From: an uncultured Gemmatimonadales bacterium
Lineage (GTDB): Bacteria; Gemmatimonadota; Gemmatimonadetes; Longimicrobiales; RSA9
DNA: 64,000 bases
Assembly: GCA_963798845.1 (NCBI GenBank)
Contig: CAWCUS010000006.1
Span: 1,248,001 to 1,312,000, forward strand
Direction of reading: 5' to 3'
The notes under the pieces are model-generated. The model was not told the origin of the DNA. It searched no databases and was given only the letters and a program-made list of their open reading frames with translations. Position 1 is the first letter of the stretch. The number at the start of each line of letters is the position of its first letter. Made by a program: the position numbers and the translations under genes. Of the stretch, positions 20,707 to 30,192 are shown piece by piece.

Positions 20707-20813
20707 GTCTCTCCACATGGAGAGACCGGGCGCGGAGTGGATCGCCATAGGTCGTTGTCCTGAAACAGTATACGTTCACAGGCCACGCGTGCGGTCTGTC
20801 CACGTGGAGAGAG
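20707..20813. promoter_or_regulatory. Tripartite element, copy 1: palindrome - TAGGTCGTT core - palindrome, upstream of the activase-hypD operon
   Basis: GTCTCTCCACATGGAGAGAC (20707-20726) and GTCTGTCCACGTGGAGAGAG (20794-20813); a minus-strand TATACT -10-like box lies between them. Homologous architecture at 59245-59353. Confidence 0.6.
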
Positions 20814-20911
20814 TTCCGGCACCACAACAGCGGCCCGTGCCGGGCCCGGCGCGGCGGGGGCCGGGCCCGGCGCGGCGCGGGCCGGGTGCGTCGGCAGCGG
20901 ACGGGCGAGGG

Positions 20912-22342
20912 TCACGAGAGCAGGTAATCGAGCGCGTCGTCGGCGGTGTACGTGTCGCGCTGGCCGAGGAAGGCGGCGAGCCGCATGAGGTCATCGCCGG
21001 CGGTGAGGAGTGCGCGCTCCGGGCCGTCGTCGCGCGGCTGCGCCCGCCCGATGTTGGCCAGCAGACCGTTGCAGAGGCACTTCCTTCCGACCGTGTCCTC
21101 GGGCGCGCCGCCCTTGGCGACGTAGGCGTCCATGGGCTCGGCGGGGCAGCGGAAGCCGGTACGTCCGTCGTCGCGGCGGTACGGGGTCCGGAGATAGCCC
21201 AGGTCGCACATGCGGGTTCGGCTGGCGTACTGGTCGGGGTCGGCGTTGGTCCCCTCGAGCTCGACGACCTTGAAGGGGAAGCCGGTGGGCGAAGCGCGCC
21301 CGTCGGTGCGAACGTCGACGCCGCCGTTGCGAAGGCGGCGCAGGGTGGCAAGGCGGAGCTGCGGGTCGACGCCGCTCTCCTCGGCGTGGGCGAACAGGGT
21401 GCCCACCTGGATCCCGGTGGCGCCGTGCTGCAGCGCGTTCGCGAGGCCGGCGGGGGATCCGGTGCCGCCCGCCAGCCAGAAGGGGAGCCCGAGCTCCCGC
21501 ATGGCGGCGAGGTCGGCGACATCCCGTTCGCCGTACACGGGCTCGCCCCGTTCGCTGGTCTCGCCCCGGCCGCGCGGCGGGGCGTTGTGCCCCCCGGCCG
21601 TGTGCCCCTCCACGACGAACCCGTCCACTCGGCCGTTCGCCTTCCGCACGAGCATCGTGCCCAGCGCGTGCGAGGAGATGATGGGGAGGAAGGCCGGACG
21701 AGGGAGCACCGGCGGGTCGTCGAAATGGTCGCGCGGGTCGAGCCCGATCTGCGGATTCTCCTCCCGTCCCGCCCCCTCCACGTCGAACCGGATCGATGCG
21801 GGTTCGCCGGCGGCAAAAGCGTCGAGCACGCCCGGGATCTCGCGCGGGATCCCCGCGCCCATGAGCACGTAGTCCACCCCCGCGAGCATGGCGCCGTACA
21901 GCGTCGCCAGGTTCGGCAGCTGCACCTTCGTGAGCAGGTTGATGCCCACAGGCCCGTCGTGACCCTCCTTCGCCAGCCACACCTCCACGAAGCTTCCCAG
22001 CATGGTGAGCTGCTCGCGCGCGCGCCCCACTCCTTCCTTCCACATCGACAGCAGCTTGTACGGCCCGCCCTCCGGGCGCCCGTCCGGGAGGAAGTACCGT
22101 CGCATGGCGTCGGCGCCCGCGGCCGGGAGCGGGAACCGCTCCATCGCCCGGCGCAGGTGACCGCCCACGTCGCCGTCCTGGAGCCGGCGCACGAAGACCG
22201 TGTCGATGCAGGTGCCGGATACGACGCCCAGCTGACCTCGCCGGGATACGGCGCGGGCCAGGCGCCAGTCGGAGACACCAATGCCCATGCCGCCCTGGAT
22301 GATCAGGGGGAGTGGCCGGGCGAGAGCTGCGGCAGACGTCAT
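20912..22342 (-). CDS. Nitronate monooxygenase / FabK-like FMN-dependent oxidoreductase
   Basis: IIQGGMGIGVS, MGAGIP, VEGHTAGGHN, LAGG, GIQVGTLF and C-terminal CLCNGL motifs. Confidence 0.88.
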   Translation of the reverse strand: MTSAAALARPLPLIIQGGMGIGVSDWRLARAVSRRGQLGVVSGTCIDTVFVRRLQDGDVGGHLRRAMERFPLPAAGADAMRRYFLPDGRPEGGPYKLLSMWKEGVGRAREQLTMLGSFVEVWLAKEGHDGPVGINLLTKVQLPNLATLYGAMLAGVDYVLMGAGIPREIPGVLDAFAAGEPASIRFDVEGAGREENPQIGLDPRDHFDDPPVLPRPAFLPIISSHALGTMLVRKANGRVDGFVVEGHTAGGHNAPPRGRGETSERGEPVYGERDVADLAAMRELGLPFWLAGGTGSPAGLANALQHGATGIQVGTLFAHAEESGVDPQLRLATLRRLRNGGVDVRTDGRASPTGFPFKVVELEGTNADPDQYASRTRMCDLGYLRTPYRRDDGRTGFRCPAEPMDAYVAKGGAPEDTVGRKCLCNGLLANIGRAQPRDDGPERALLTAGDDLMRLAAFLGQRDTYTADDALDYLLS

Positions 22343-22503
22343 GCCCGGCTCCTCGCGATCAGGGGGATTGTGGAGTGAACACTCAAGAATAGGACGCCGG
22401 CAGGGCGATTTCTGTCGGGAGATCTCTGCCTCCTTCGGCGGGGCAGTTCCCCGCGATGTCGCGATCTCGTCAGGCCACGGAGGAGCCCGGGACCGCGGGA
22501 ACG

Positions 22504-22536
22504 CGCAATCCATTGCACACCCCGCAGGGACTTGCA
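22504..22536. promoter_or_regulatory. Candidate tandem enhancer (UAS) sites for a sigma54 activator
   Basis: CGCAATCCATTGCA and CGCAGGGACTTGCA (GCA-N6-TGCA), 19 bp apart, ~80-110 bp upstream of a -24/-12 motif. Confidence 0.45.
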
Positions 22537-22614
22537 TGCAGAACGAGGACAGCGGTGCCAGGCGTGACTGGAGGAAAACGCAGCATTCCCAACGAGAAGC
22601 GTGTGGTAGGAGGT

Positions 22615-22632
22615 TCGGCTCCGGCTTTGCCT
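22615..22632 (+). promoter_or_regulatory. Candidate sigma54 (-24/-12) promoter of the Rieske operon
   Basis: tcGGctccggctttGCct: GG-N10-GC with TTGC, ~60 bp before ATG 22694. Confidence 0.5.
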
Positions 22633-22693
22633 GAAGGAGAGCGTGGCGGGACCCGGGCGCGCCGGGCCCCGACGGATCGGACTCGGAGAAGAC

Positions 22694-23470
22694 ATGCCCG
22701 GACTCGGATACCTGGTGACGCTGGTGGCGGCGCTGGCGCAGGGGCCTGTGGTGACGCCTGCGCTGGGAGCGCCGGACACGGCGGGTGTGGTGGTGGCGGA
22801 AGCGGCGCCGGGGACGTCGGGGGCGAGCGGCGGGCAGGTCGTGGGACTGGAGCGGGCGGGGGCCACGCGGACTGCGCGCTTCGACCAGGCGACGGCGCTG
22901 GCGGCGCTGGTGCCCGTGGCGCCGGTGTTCGTGCAGCCGGTGTGGTCGCGGCCGTCGATGGCGGGGGAAAGCGGGCCGCTGCTGCCGACGACGGTGTCGC
23001 CGCTGGCTACGGACACGCCGGCGCCCCCGCCGCTGATCGAGTACTCGGACGCGTACTACACGCGACTGCAGATCCACAAGTGGGCGAGCTGGGCGATGCT
23101 GCCGCTGTTCGCGGCGCAGTACTTCTCGGGTCAGAAGCTGGTGGAGCAGGGGCGTGACGCGCCGGGATGGGCGCGGGCGATCCACGGCCCGGCGGCGGCG
23201 GGAGTGGCGGGGCTGTTCGGCGTGAACACGGTGACGGGAGTGTGGAACCTGTGGGAGGGGCGGAAGGACCCGTACGGCCGGAAGTGGAGGACAGCGCACG
23301 GGCTTCTGATGCTGGCTGCGGACGCCGGGTTCGTGGCGACGGGGATCCTGGCGGGGGATGCAGGGGAGAACGGTTCGGTGAGGAACACGCACAAGCAGGT
23401 GGCCATGGTGTCGATGGGTGTGGCGGTGACGAGCTGGCTCATGATGCTGCCGCCCTTCAGGAGGGAATGA
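22694..23470 (+). CDS. Membrane protein with four His-bearing helices (cytochrome b561-like topology), hypothetical
   Basis: N-terminal signal and Pro/Ala-rich linker, then IHKWAS, IHGPAA, AHGLLM and THKQVA, each starting a hydrophobic helix. Confidence 0.65.
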   Translation: MPGLGYLVTLVAALAQGPVVTPALGAPDTAGVVVAEAAPGTSGASGGQVVGLERAGATRTARFDQATALAALVPVAPVFVQPVWSRPSMAGESGPLLPTTVSPLATDTPAPPPLIEYSDAYYTRLQIHKWASWAMLPLFAAQYFSGQKLVEQGRDAPGWARAIHGPAAAGVAGLFGVNTVTGVWNLWEGRKDPYGRKWRTAHGLLMLAADAGFVATGILAGDAGENGSVRNTHKQVAMVSMGVAVTSWLMMLPPFRRE

Positions 23471-24045
23471 TGGATGTCGCATTGATCGGACCGGTGGTGG
23501 AGGCGGCTCAGCCGTGGGCGCACCTGTACAACGACTCGACGCTGCTGCAGACGGGACTGCTGTTCGTGCACTTCGCCGGGCTTCTGACGGCGGGCGGCTT
23601 CGCAGTGGCGACGGACCGGCTGGCGCTGCGGATCACGCGCCGGGAAGGCGGAGACCGTCGCCTGCTGCTGCGGGAGCTCGGCGAGGTGCACCGACCGGTG
23701 CTCGTCGGGCTGGCGGTGGTGACGCTCACGGGAATCGCCATGGCGCTGGGGGACGCGGAGTTCCTGCTCACGTCCCCGGTGTTCTGGTTGAAGATGACCG
23801 CGTTCGTGCTGCTGCTGGTGAACGGGCTGTTCATGATGCGAGCGGAACGCCGGCTGAGGGGGTGGAGCGAAGCGGATCAATCGGGGGAGGCCGGGTCCAG
23901 GGATGGCGAAGCGGCAGTGTTGCTCGTCGACCCGGTCCCCCCGCATCCGCACCGCGCGTGGCGGAATCTCCGCTGGGCGGCGGTCCGGAGCATGGCGCTC
24001 TGGGGGACGACGCTCCTGCTGGGCACGGCGCTCACGGCTGTTTGA
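23467..24045 (+). CDS. DUF6644/CopD-like 4-TM membrane protein
   Basis: ATGA overlap with the upstream gene; FVHFAGLLTAGG..DR, LTGIAM and SPVFWLKM..LLLVNG motifs. Confidence 0.7.
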   Translation: MMDVALIGPVVEAAQPWAHLYNDSTLLQTGLLFVHFAGLLTAGGFAVATDRLALRITRREGGDRRLLLRELGEVHRPVLVGLAVVTLTGIAMALGDAEFLLTSPVFWLKMTAFVLLLVNGLFMMRAERRLRGWSEADQSGEAGSRDGEAAVLLVDPVPPHPHRAWRNLRWAAVRSMALWGTTLLLGTALTAV

Positions 24046-24055
24046 GGAGGCGTGG

Positions 24056-24734
24056 ATGGGTGTGAACGGGAGAGATGAACGGTGGGCGGATGCGCCGGGC
24101 GGAGCAGACGCGTGCGGCGGCTGCGCCGGCTGCTCGCACGCCGCGGAGGTGCCGGGCGCCGACGGTTCGGGCCCGGCCATGGAGGGATCCTTCGGCGAGG
24201 ACGGGGCGGCCGGCTGGAGCGCTTCGCGCCGTGACTTCCTGCGTCAGGGTGCGCTGGCGCTCGCGCTCCTCGCCGGGGCCCGGGCTTCGCTCGCGGCGCA
24301 GCCTGCGCTCCGCTTCGGGAGCAGGCCTGCGGCGAGCGGACGGGGCGCTGACGTACCCGCTTCCGTCGACGGATGGGGCCACGATCGACCGGGGCCACCA
24401 GGTGATCCTGGTGCGTTGGCAGGGGAGCGTGTACGCGTTCGCGCTCTCCTGCCCGCACCAGCACACGGCGCTGCGCTGGGAGGAGGACGACGGGCGCTTC
24501 CAGTGCCCCAAGCACCATTCGAAGTACGAGCCGGACGGGACGTTCATCTCGGGTCGGGCGACCCGGGGGATGGACCGCTACGCGGTGCAGGTGGAGCAGG
24601 GGCAGGTGTCAGTGGACGCGGGAACGCTGTATCGGCAGGACAAGGACCCCGAGGGGTGGAAATCGGCCGTGGCCATCGTGCAGACGGCGGGGGCGGCGGC
24701 GCAGGAACCGGGAGGGAACGCACATGAGCTGTGA
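24056..24734 (+). CDS. Tat-exported Rieske [2Fe-2S] protein; +1 frameshift near 24310-24340
   Basis: GAGGAGG RBS; first frame MGVNG..CGGCAGCSH..SRRDFLRQGALALALLAGARASLAA; second frame SCPHQ...QCPKHHSKY Rieske boxes. Confidence 0.8.
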
Positions 24735-25326
24735 GAGCTGCGGCCTGCGGCCGCGTGGTGAATCGGGAGCGGGGGATGGCGGCGCGCTGGCCGCGGATGC
24801 CGGGACCGCAGCGGCAGGGACGGGTTCGGGCGGGGGTTGGGCCGGGACCGGGCTGTCGCGCCGGCAGTTCATCGAGGCGGCCACGGTCGCTGCCATCGGC
24901 GGGCTGCTGGTGGCGTGCACCGCCAACAGCCCGCTGGGGCCGGCAGTCCCCACGGGCGGCCCGTGGGACGTGAACGTGTCCGACTACTCCGGGCTGAGCC
25001 ACATCGGCGGGGTGGCGAGGGTGAGCCTGGGGGGCGGGCAGGTGGCGGGCGTGGGGCGGGTCGGCGCGAACGACTACGTGGCGTACGGCCTGGCGTGCAC
25101 GCACCAGGGGACGCAGGTGGTGGTGGCGGGCGACGGCTGGTACTGCCCGAACCACGGCGCCGAATACAACACGGCCGGGAACGTGACGCGCGGTCCGGCC
25201 AGCTCTCCGCTGGTGTCACTCGGCACCAGCTACGACCCGGGCACGGGCGTGCTGACCATCACCGGGTCGCAGAGCGCCGTGCTGACCGGGAACGCGGGCG
25301 ACGACGACTCCGGCGACGACGACTGA
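24724..25326 (+). CDS. Tat lipoprotein Rieske [2Fe-2S] protein
   Basis: MSCESC, SRRQFI Tat motif, LVAC lipobox, CTHQG and CPNHG boxes, GPA loop, acidic tail. Confidence 0.88.
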   Translation: MSCESCGLRPRGESGAGDGGALAADAGTAAAGTGSGGGWAGTGLSRRQFIEAATVAAIGGLLVACTANSPLGPAVPTGGPWDVNVSDYSGLSHIGGVARVSLGGGQVAGVGRVGANDYVAYGLACTHQGTQVVVAGDGWYCPNHGAEYNTAGNVTRGPASSPLVSLGTSYDPGTGVLTITGSQSAVLTGNAGDDDSGDDD

Positions 25327-25356
25327 ACGGGACACCCACCCCGGGAAAGGAAACGC

Positions 25357-25863
25357 ATGAACTGCCAGACCTGCAGTCTACACCGAGGGGCGGAGGCGGG
25401 GGCGGGGGCGGGCGTCGCGGGCTCGGGGCTGAGCCGCCGGGACTTCGTGGAGCGGGCCACGGTGGCGGCCATCGCGGGGCTGCTGGTGGCGTGCGGCGCC
25501 GACGGCGGCCCCACCGGGGTGGGGGTGACGCCGCCGCCGCCGAGCGGGGGCCCGTGGGAGGTCACGGTGGGCAGCTACGCCGGCCTCGACCACGTGGGCG
25601 GCGTGGCGAAAGTCTCCCTCTCGGGCGGGGCGGTGGCGGGCGTGGGGCGGATCGGTGAAACAGAGTACGTGGCGTACGGCCTGGCGTGCACCCACCAGGG
25701 AACGCAGGTCAACGCGAACGGGGATGGCTGGCTGTGTCCGAACCACGGCTCGGAGTACGACACGGGCGGGCACGTGGTGCGCGGGCCCGCGACCCTGGCG
25801 CTGGTACGGCTCCAGGCGAGCTACGACGCCGACACGGGCGTGCTGACGATCGACGGGGTGTAA
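25357..25863 (+). CDS. Tat lipoprotein Rieske [2Fe-2S] protein (paralogue of the upstream gene)
   Basis: MNCQTC, SRRDFV, LVAC, CTHQG and CPNHG; near-collinear with 24724..25326. Confidence 0.88.
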   Translation: MNCQTCSLHRGAEAGAGAGVAGSGLSRRDFVERATVAAIAGLLVACGADGGPTGVGVTPPPPSGGPWEVTVGSYAGLDHVGGVAKVSLSGGAVAGVGRIGETEYVAYGLACTHQGTQVNANGDGWLCPNHGSEYDTGGHVVRGPATLALVRLQASYDADTGVLTIDGV

Positions 25864-25880
25864 GCCCGGGCGCCGGCGGG

Positions 25881-27287
25881 TCAGTCCTGCCGCATGCCGA
25901 GGCGGTCGAGCTTGTACCAGAGGGTGCGCACGGACACCCCCAGCAGCTCGGCCGCCTTCGTCTTGTTGTCGTTGGTGGCGGCGAGGGCGGCGCGGATGGC
26001 CTGGCGCTCGGCGCGATCCACCGCCGACTCCAGCGTCTCCACCGGCGCGCCGGGGCCGGCGCCGGCGTCCCGGGCGTCCGACTCCCCGCCCCGAGCGCCA
26101 GCGGGGTCCGGCTCGCCCGCGGCGCCGGGCGGGAGGCCGGGGAGATCGTCGGCGCCCAGGACGTCGCCCGGGGCGAGGATGACGGCGCGCTCCAGGATGT
26201 TGTTCAGCTCCCGGATGTTGCCGGGCCATGCGTAAGCTTCGAGGCGGCGGACCGCAGCATCATCGAGGCGGACGGCGCGCCCCTCGCGGCCGGCGAACCG
26301 TTCGACGGCGCGGAGTGCGAGGGGCGCCACGTCCCGCGGGCGGTCGCGGAGCGGCGGGACGTGGATGGGGAAGACGTTGAGGCGGTAGTAGAGGTCGGCG
26401 CGGAAGTCGCCGGCGTCGATCATGGAGGGGAGGTCTCGGTGTGTGGCGGAGACGATGCGGACATCGACGCGGCGAAGGACGTGCGAGCCGAGGCGCTCGA
26501 CCGTGCCCTCCTGGAGGGCACGGAGCAGCTTGGCCTGCATGGCCTGAGGCATGTCCCCGATCTCGTCCAGGAAGAGCGTGCCGCCGTCGGCGACCTCGAA
26601 CTTCCCGGTGCGGTCCTCCGTGGCCCCGGTGAACGCCCCCTTCGCAACGCCGAACAGCTCGGACTCGAGCAGCTCGCCCGGGATGGCGGCGCAGTTGAGG
26701 GCGACGAAGAGGGCATCGCGGCGGTTGGATCGAGCGTGGATCGCCCGGGCGACGAGCTCCTTCCCGACGCCGGTCTCCCCGGTGACGAGCACGGTGCTGG
26801 ACGTCGGCGCCACGCGCTCGATGGCGTCGACGACGGCGTGCATCGCGGGGCTCGCCGCCACCATCCCCTCGTAGTCGGGGGCGGCGATCTCCTTCAGGTA
26901 TGCGATCTCGCGCTCGGCGCGGTGGAAGCCGAGGGCGCGGCGCACGAGTGTGTCGATCTCGTCCACGGAGAAGGGCTTAACCACGTAGTCGAAGGCGCCC
27001 AGCTTCATGGCCTGGACCGCCGTCTCGACGGTGCCGAACGCGGTCATCAGGATGACGGGGATGTCATCGCGGTCGGCGCGGATCTCGCCCAACAGGTCGA
27101 GCCCCGTGCCGTCGGGAAGCTGGAGGTCGGCGAGCACGAGCTGTACGCGCTCGGCCGTCAGCCGCTCCCTGGCCTGTGCCAGGTCCTGCGCCAGCACCAC
27201 CGTGTAGCCCATGTCCGACAGCGCCATCTCCAGCACGCGCCGGATGCGAGGCTCGTCATCCAGCACCAGGATCGGCGTTCCCGTCAT
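25881..27287 (-). CDS. Sigma54-dependent response regulator (NtrC/AtoC/ZraR family)
   Basis: Receiver domain (VLDDE, ADLQLPD, KPF), [28 protein letters not shown] and a Fis-type HTH. Confidence 0.95.
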   Translation of the reverse strand: MTGTPILVLDDEPRIRRVLEMALSDMGYTVVLAQDLAQARERLTAERVQLVLADLQLPDGTGLDLLGEIRADRDDIPVILMTAFGTVETAVQAMKLGAFDYVVKPFSVDEIDTLVRRALGFHRAEREIAYLKEIAAPDYEGMVAASPAMHAVVDAIERVAPTSSTVLVTGETGVGKELVARAIHARSNRRDALFVALNCAAIPGELLESELFGVAKGAFTGATEDRTGKFEVADGGTLFLDEIGDMPQAMQAKLLRALQEGTVERLGSHVLRRVDVRIVSATHRDLPSMIDAGDFRADLYYRLNVFPIHVPPLRDRPRDVAPLALRAVERFAGREGRAVRLDDAAVRRLEAYAWPGNIRELNNILERAVILAPGDVLGADDLPGLPPGAAGEPDPAGARGGESDARDAGAGPGAPVETLESAVDRAERQAIRAALAATNDNKTKAAELLGVSVRTLWYKLDRLGMRQD

Positions 27288-29062
27288 GCCTCCTCCCCCT
27301 CGCTGCGCGGCAACAGGAGCACGACGCGCGTCCCCTTCTCCCGCGGCAGCTCGATGAGCGCGTCCCCACCATGGGCCCTGGCGATGCGCCGGACCAGGGG
27401 CAGCCCGAGACCGGTGCCGCCCCGGCGCGTGGTGAAGAACGGAGTCCAGACCTCGTCGAGCGTCCCGGCCGGGATGCCGGGGCCGTCGTCATCCACGACG
27501 AGCGTGGAATCGGGACCCGTGGTTCCCGTGCGGACGCGCACGTCGCCGCCGCGCGGCAATGCCTCGATGGCGTTGCCCACCAGGTTGAGCGCCACCTCGT
27601 ACAGCTGCTCCTCATCGCCGCGGACGGGTGCGGCCTCCAGCTCGGCCGAAAGGGAGACCCCGGCTTCGGCGGCCTTTCCGGCGAGCGTGCGCAAGCCGCG
27701 GCGGGCGACCTCGGCGAGGTCGGCGGGTGCCACGTCGGGAGGGCGCGGGCGCGCGAACACGAGGAGGTCGTTCACGAGCCGCTCCAGCCTGCCGATCTCC
27801 TCCTCGAGGAACGACACCAGCTCCCGGTCCCGCTCGTCGTCCCCGACGCGTCGGGCCAGCATGTCGGCGGAGCCACGGAGCACCGAGAGAGGCGTTCGGA
27901 TCTCGTGGGCCAGGACCGCGGCCATGGTGCCCATGGCGGCCAGGCTCTCCTGCCGGGCGAGCTGCAGCCGCGAGGATTCCAGACGCTCCACCATCGTGGA
28001 CAGGGCGCTGGCCAGCACCCTCACCTCCCGGGGCGCCCCGGCAGGCGGCGTGAAGTCGGGGGTCGGGGCGGGGACCGGCGACGCCGGGGCGGTGGCGGTG
28101 CCGCCGAACGGGGAAGCCGAGGCGGGTGTGCTGGCGCCTTCGCCGTCCACGTGCACCTGCCGGGCACGCTCCGTGAGTCGGCGGAGGGCGGCCGTGTTGG
28201 AGCGGGCCAGGAAGAGGGCCGCCGGCACGGTGACCAGCAGCACCACCAGCGCGAGGAGTGCGAACTGGCGGCGCGTGGCGTGGAGTGAGGTGAGCGCTTC
28301 CTCCAGGGGAGTGCCGAGCGTGAGGTGGACGGTATCGTCGCCGACGGGGACGGCAAGAGGGGAGGCCCGGAGCCGCTCCGCGTCGTCGGGCGGGGACGGG
28401 CGGAGCAGCCGGCCCTCCGCGTCCCGCACCTCCAGGGCCGTCCCGTACTCTCCCGCCGCCTCGTCCAGCAGGGCATCCCAGGGCGACAGGAGGATGATGC
28501 GTCCGAGGGGAGCCCCGGTGGTGCGGGCGATCACGGGGGCGATGGCGGCGACCACCGCTCCGAGGGTGCTGTCGCGGGTGAGGCGGAGGGTGGCGCGGCC
28601 TGGAGGGGGCGCCGGGATCCGGCTCCACGGGCGGTCGCCGGCGAACATGCCGATCCAGGGGCGGCTGGAAGCCGCGACCACGGTGTCGGACGTGCCGAGG
28701 GCCAGGGCGAGGGCGTGCCCACCGAAGCTCTGGGAGAGGCGGACGAGGGAGGACGCGAGCCGCTTGTCCACGTCGTCCACGGCCAGGTCCTGGGCCGCCT
28801 CGAGCTCCGGCCAGACGGACGTCAGGCGCCGACGCTGGTCGAGTGCCCGCAGGAGCCGGTCTCCCACGAGGCGCTCGCGGGCTTCCAGCGCCGCCGTCGC
28901 ACGGGCGACCAGAGCCCGACGCCCCCGGGCGTACTCGAACCCGCCGACCAGCATGGTGGCCACGACCACGAACGACACCAGCACGAGCGCCAGACGCGCG
29001 CCGAGGGTGTCCAGCCCCAGGCTCGCGCCGCCGCGCCGCACGATGGTATCCTTCACCGCCAC
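27284..29062 (-). CDS. Sensor histidine kinase (2 TM, periplasmic domain, HAMP-like linker, HisKA, HATPase)
   Basis: LAHEIRTPL H-box, NLVGNA, DDGPG, FFTT and GTGLGL; overlaps the regulator start. Start uncertain. Confidence 0.93.
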   Translation of the reverse strand: MAVKDTIVRRGGASLGLDTLGARLALVLVSFVVVATMLVGGFEYARGRRALVARATAALEARERLVGDRLLRALDQRRRLTSVWPELEAAQDLAVDDVDKRLASSLVRLSQSFGGHALALALGTSDTVVAASSRPWIGMFAGDRPWSRIPAPPPGRATLRLTRDSTLGAVVAAIAPVIARTTGAPLGRIILLSPWDALLDEAAGEYGTALEVRDAEGRLLRPSPPDDAERLRASPLAVPVGDDTVHLTLGTPLEEALTSLHATRRQFALLALVVLLVTVPAALFLARSNTAALRRLTERARQVHVDGEGASTPASASPFGGTATAPASPVPAPTPDFTPPAGAPREVRVLASALSTMVERLESSRLQLARQESLAAMGTMAAVLAHEIRTPLSVLRGSADMLARRVGDDERDRELVSFLEEEIGRLERLVNDLLVFARPRPPDVAPADLAEVARRGLRTLAGKAAEAGVSLSAELEAAPVRGDEEQLYEVALNLVGNAIEALPRGGDVRVRTGTTGPDSTLVVDDDGPGIPAGTLDEVWTPFFTTRRGGTGLGLPLVRRIARAHGGDALIELPREKGTRVVLLLPRSEGEEA

Positions 29063-29083
29063 CCGGGCTCCCGGTTCTCAGCC

Positions 29084-30190
29084 ATGAAACGAGCGACACG
29101 CACACACCCCGTAGCCACCGCGGTCGCGGCCGCCGGACTGCTGACGGCGGTCGCGTCGCCGGCGCGCGCGCAGCTGCCGGCGCCGCCCGTGAGCAGCCCC
29201 TCTGCGGTGCACGTCGGAGGCTATGGAGGCGTGGTCTTCGGCCGGGCCACCCGTTACGGCGAGGGGACGGACATGGCCGTGACCGAGGGCAATGCCGCGC
29301 TGCTGCTCTCGGGGACGCTGGTGCGCAGGCTAAGCTATTTCGGCGAGGTGGAGGTTGCCAGTACGACCCGCGAGAACTGGACCGGGCGGGTCGAGGAGCG
29401 GGGCGTCGACCTGGTCCGGCTCTACGCTGAATACACGTTCGCCGACGCGCTCCGCCTCCGCATGGGGCGCTTCCTCACGCCGGTCGGCCAGTGGAACGAG
29501 ATCCACGCCGAGCCGCTCACATGGACCGCCCACCGCCCGTTGACCACGTACCGCCCGTTCGCGAAGAGCATGACGGGGGTCATGGCCACGGGCGTGCTGG
29601 GCGTGGCGGGGCACGACGCCGGTTACGCGCTGTTCGCCGCGGTCCCGGGTGCGCCATTCCGCTACGACGAGGAGAGCGCATTCAAGGAGGCGATCGGCTT
29701 CCGCGGCGCCATCGAGGTGGGCCGGGGCCTGTTCGTGGGCGTGAGCGGCGTCGCGTTCCGGGCCGAGCGCCCCCTGGGCCCCGACGATGACGGGGAGGTC
29801 CCCGACTACGGCGCTGGCGAGACGTCGGAGGAGGAGTGGGAGGAGGATGCCGGCAACCGGGGGCTGCTGGGTGTCGACCTGTCGTGGCGGCTGCACGGCG
29901 CCGAGCTGCTGGCGGAGGCGACCTCGCTCTCCCCCGCCGGCATCGCGCCGCAGGAGCGCGGCGGGTTCGTCCAGCTGGCCGTGCCCCTGGCTCGATCCAT
30001 AGGGCTCTACGCCGTCGGCCGGGCCGAGTACTACGAGCCCGTGGTGGACAGCCCCCTCTCGATCCAGACGCTGGGGCTCACGCTCCGGCCGAGCCGCCAC
30101 TGGACCGTGAAGTTCGACCGGCAGCTCCGGGACAGACCTTCCTTCCGGGTTCCTGACGGATGGTACCTTTCCGTGTCGGGGATCTTCTGA
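29084..30190 (+). CDS. Outer-membrane beta-barrel / porin-like protein
   Basis: Signal peptide ending ARA-Q; RLRMGRFLTPVGQWN..H motif, amphipathic beta strands, C-terminal YLSVSGIF; acidic loop. Confidence 0.75.
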   Translation: MKRATRTHPVATAVAAAGLLTAVASPARAQLPAPPVSSPSAVHVGGYGGVVFGRATRYGEGTDMAVTEGNAALLLSGTLVRRLSYFGEVEVASTTRENWTGRVEERGVDLVRLYAEYTFADALRLRMGRFLTPVGQWNEIHAEPLTWTAHRPLTTYRPFAKSMTGVMATGVLGVAGHDAGYALFAAVPGAPFRYDEESAFKEAIGFRGAIEVGRGLFVGVSGVAFRAERPLGPDDDGEVPDYGAGETSEEEWEEDAGNRGLLGVDLSWRLHGAELLAEATSLSPAGIAPQERGGFVQLAVPLARSIGLYAVGRAEYYEPVVDSPLSIQTLGLTLRPSRHWTVKFDRQLRDRPSFRVPDGWYLSVSGIF

Positions 30191-30192
30191 AC

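Noticed and set aside
24056..25863. Cytochrome bc1/b6f complex or arsenite oxidase small subunit
   Set aside because: The Rieske boxes lack the disulfide cysteines, and no cytochrome b (PEWY), c1 or molybdopterin subunit is nearby.
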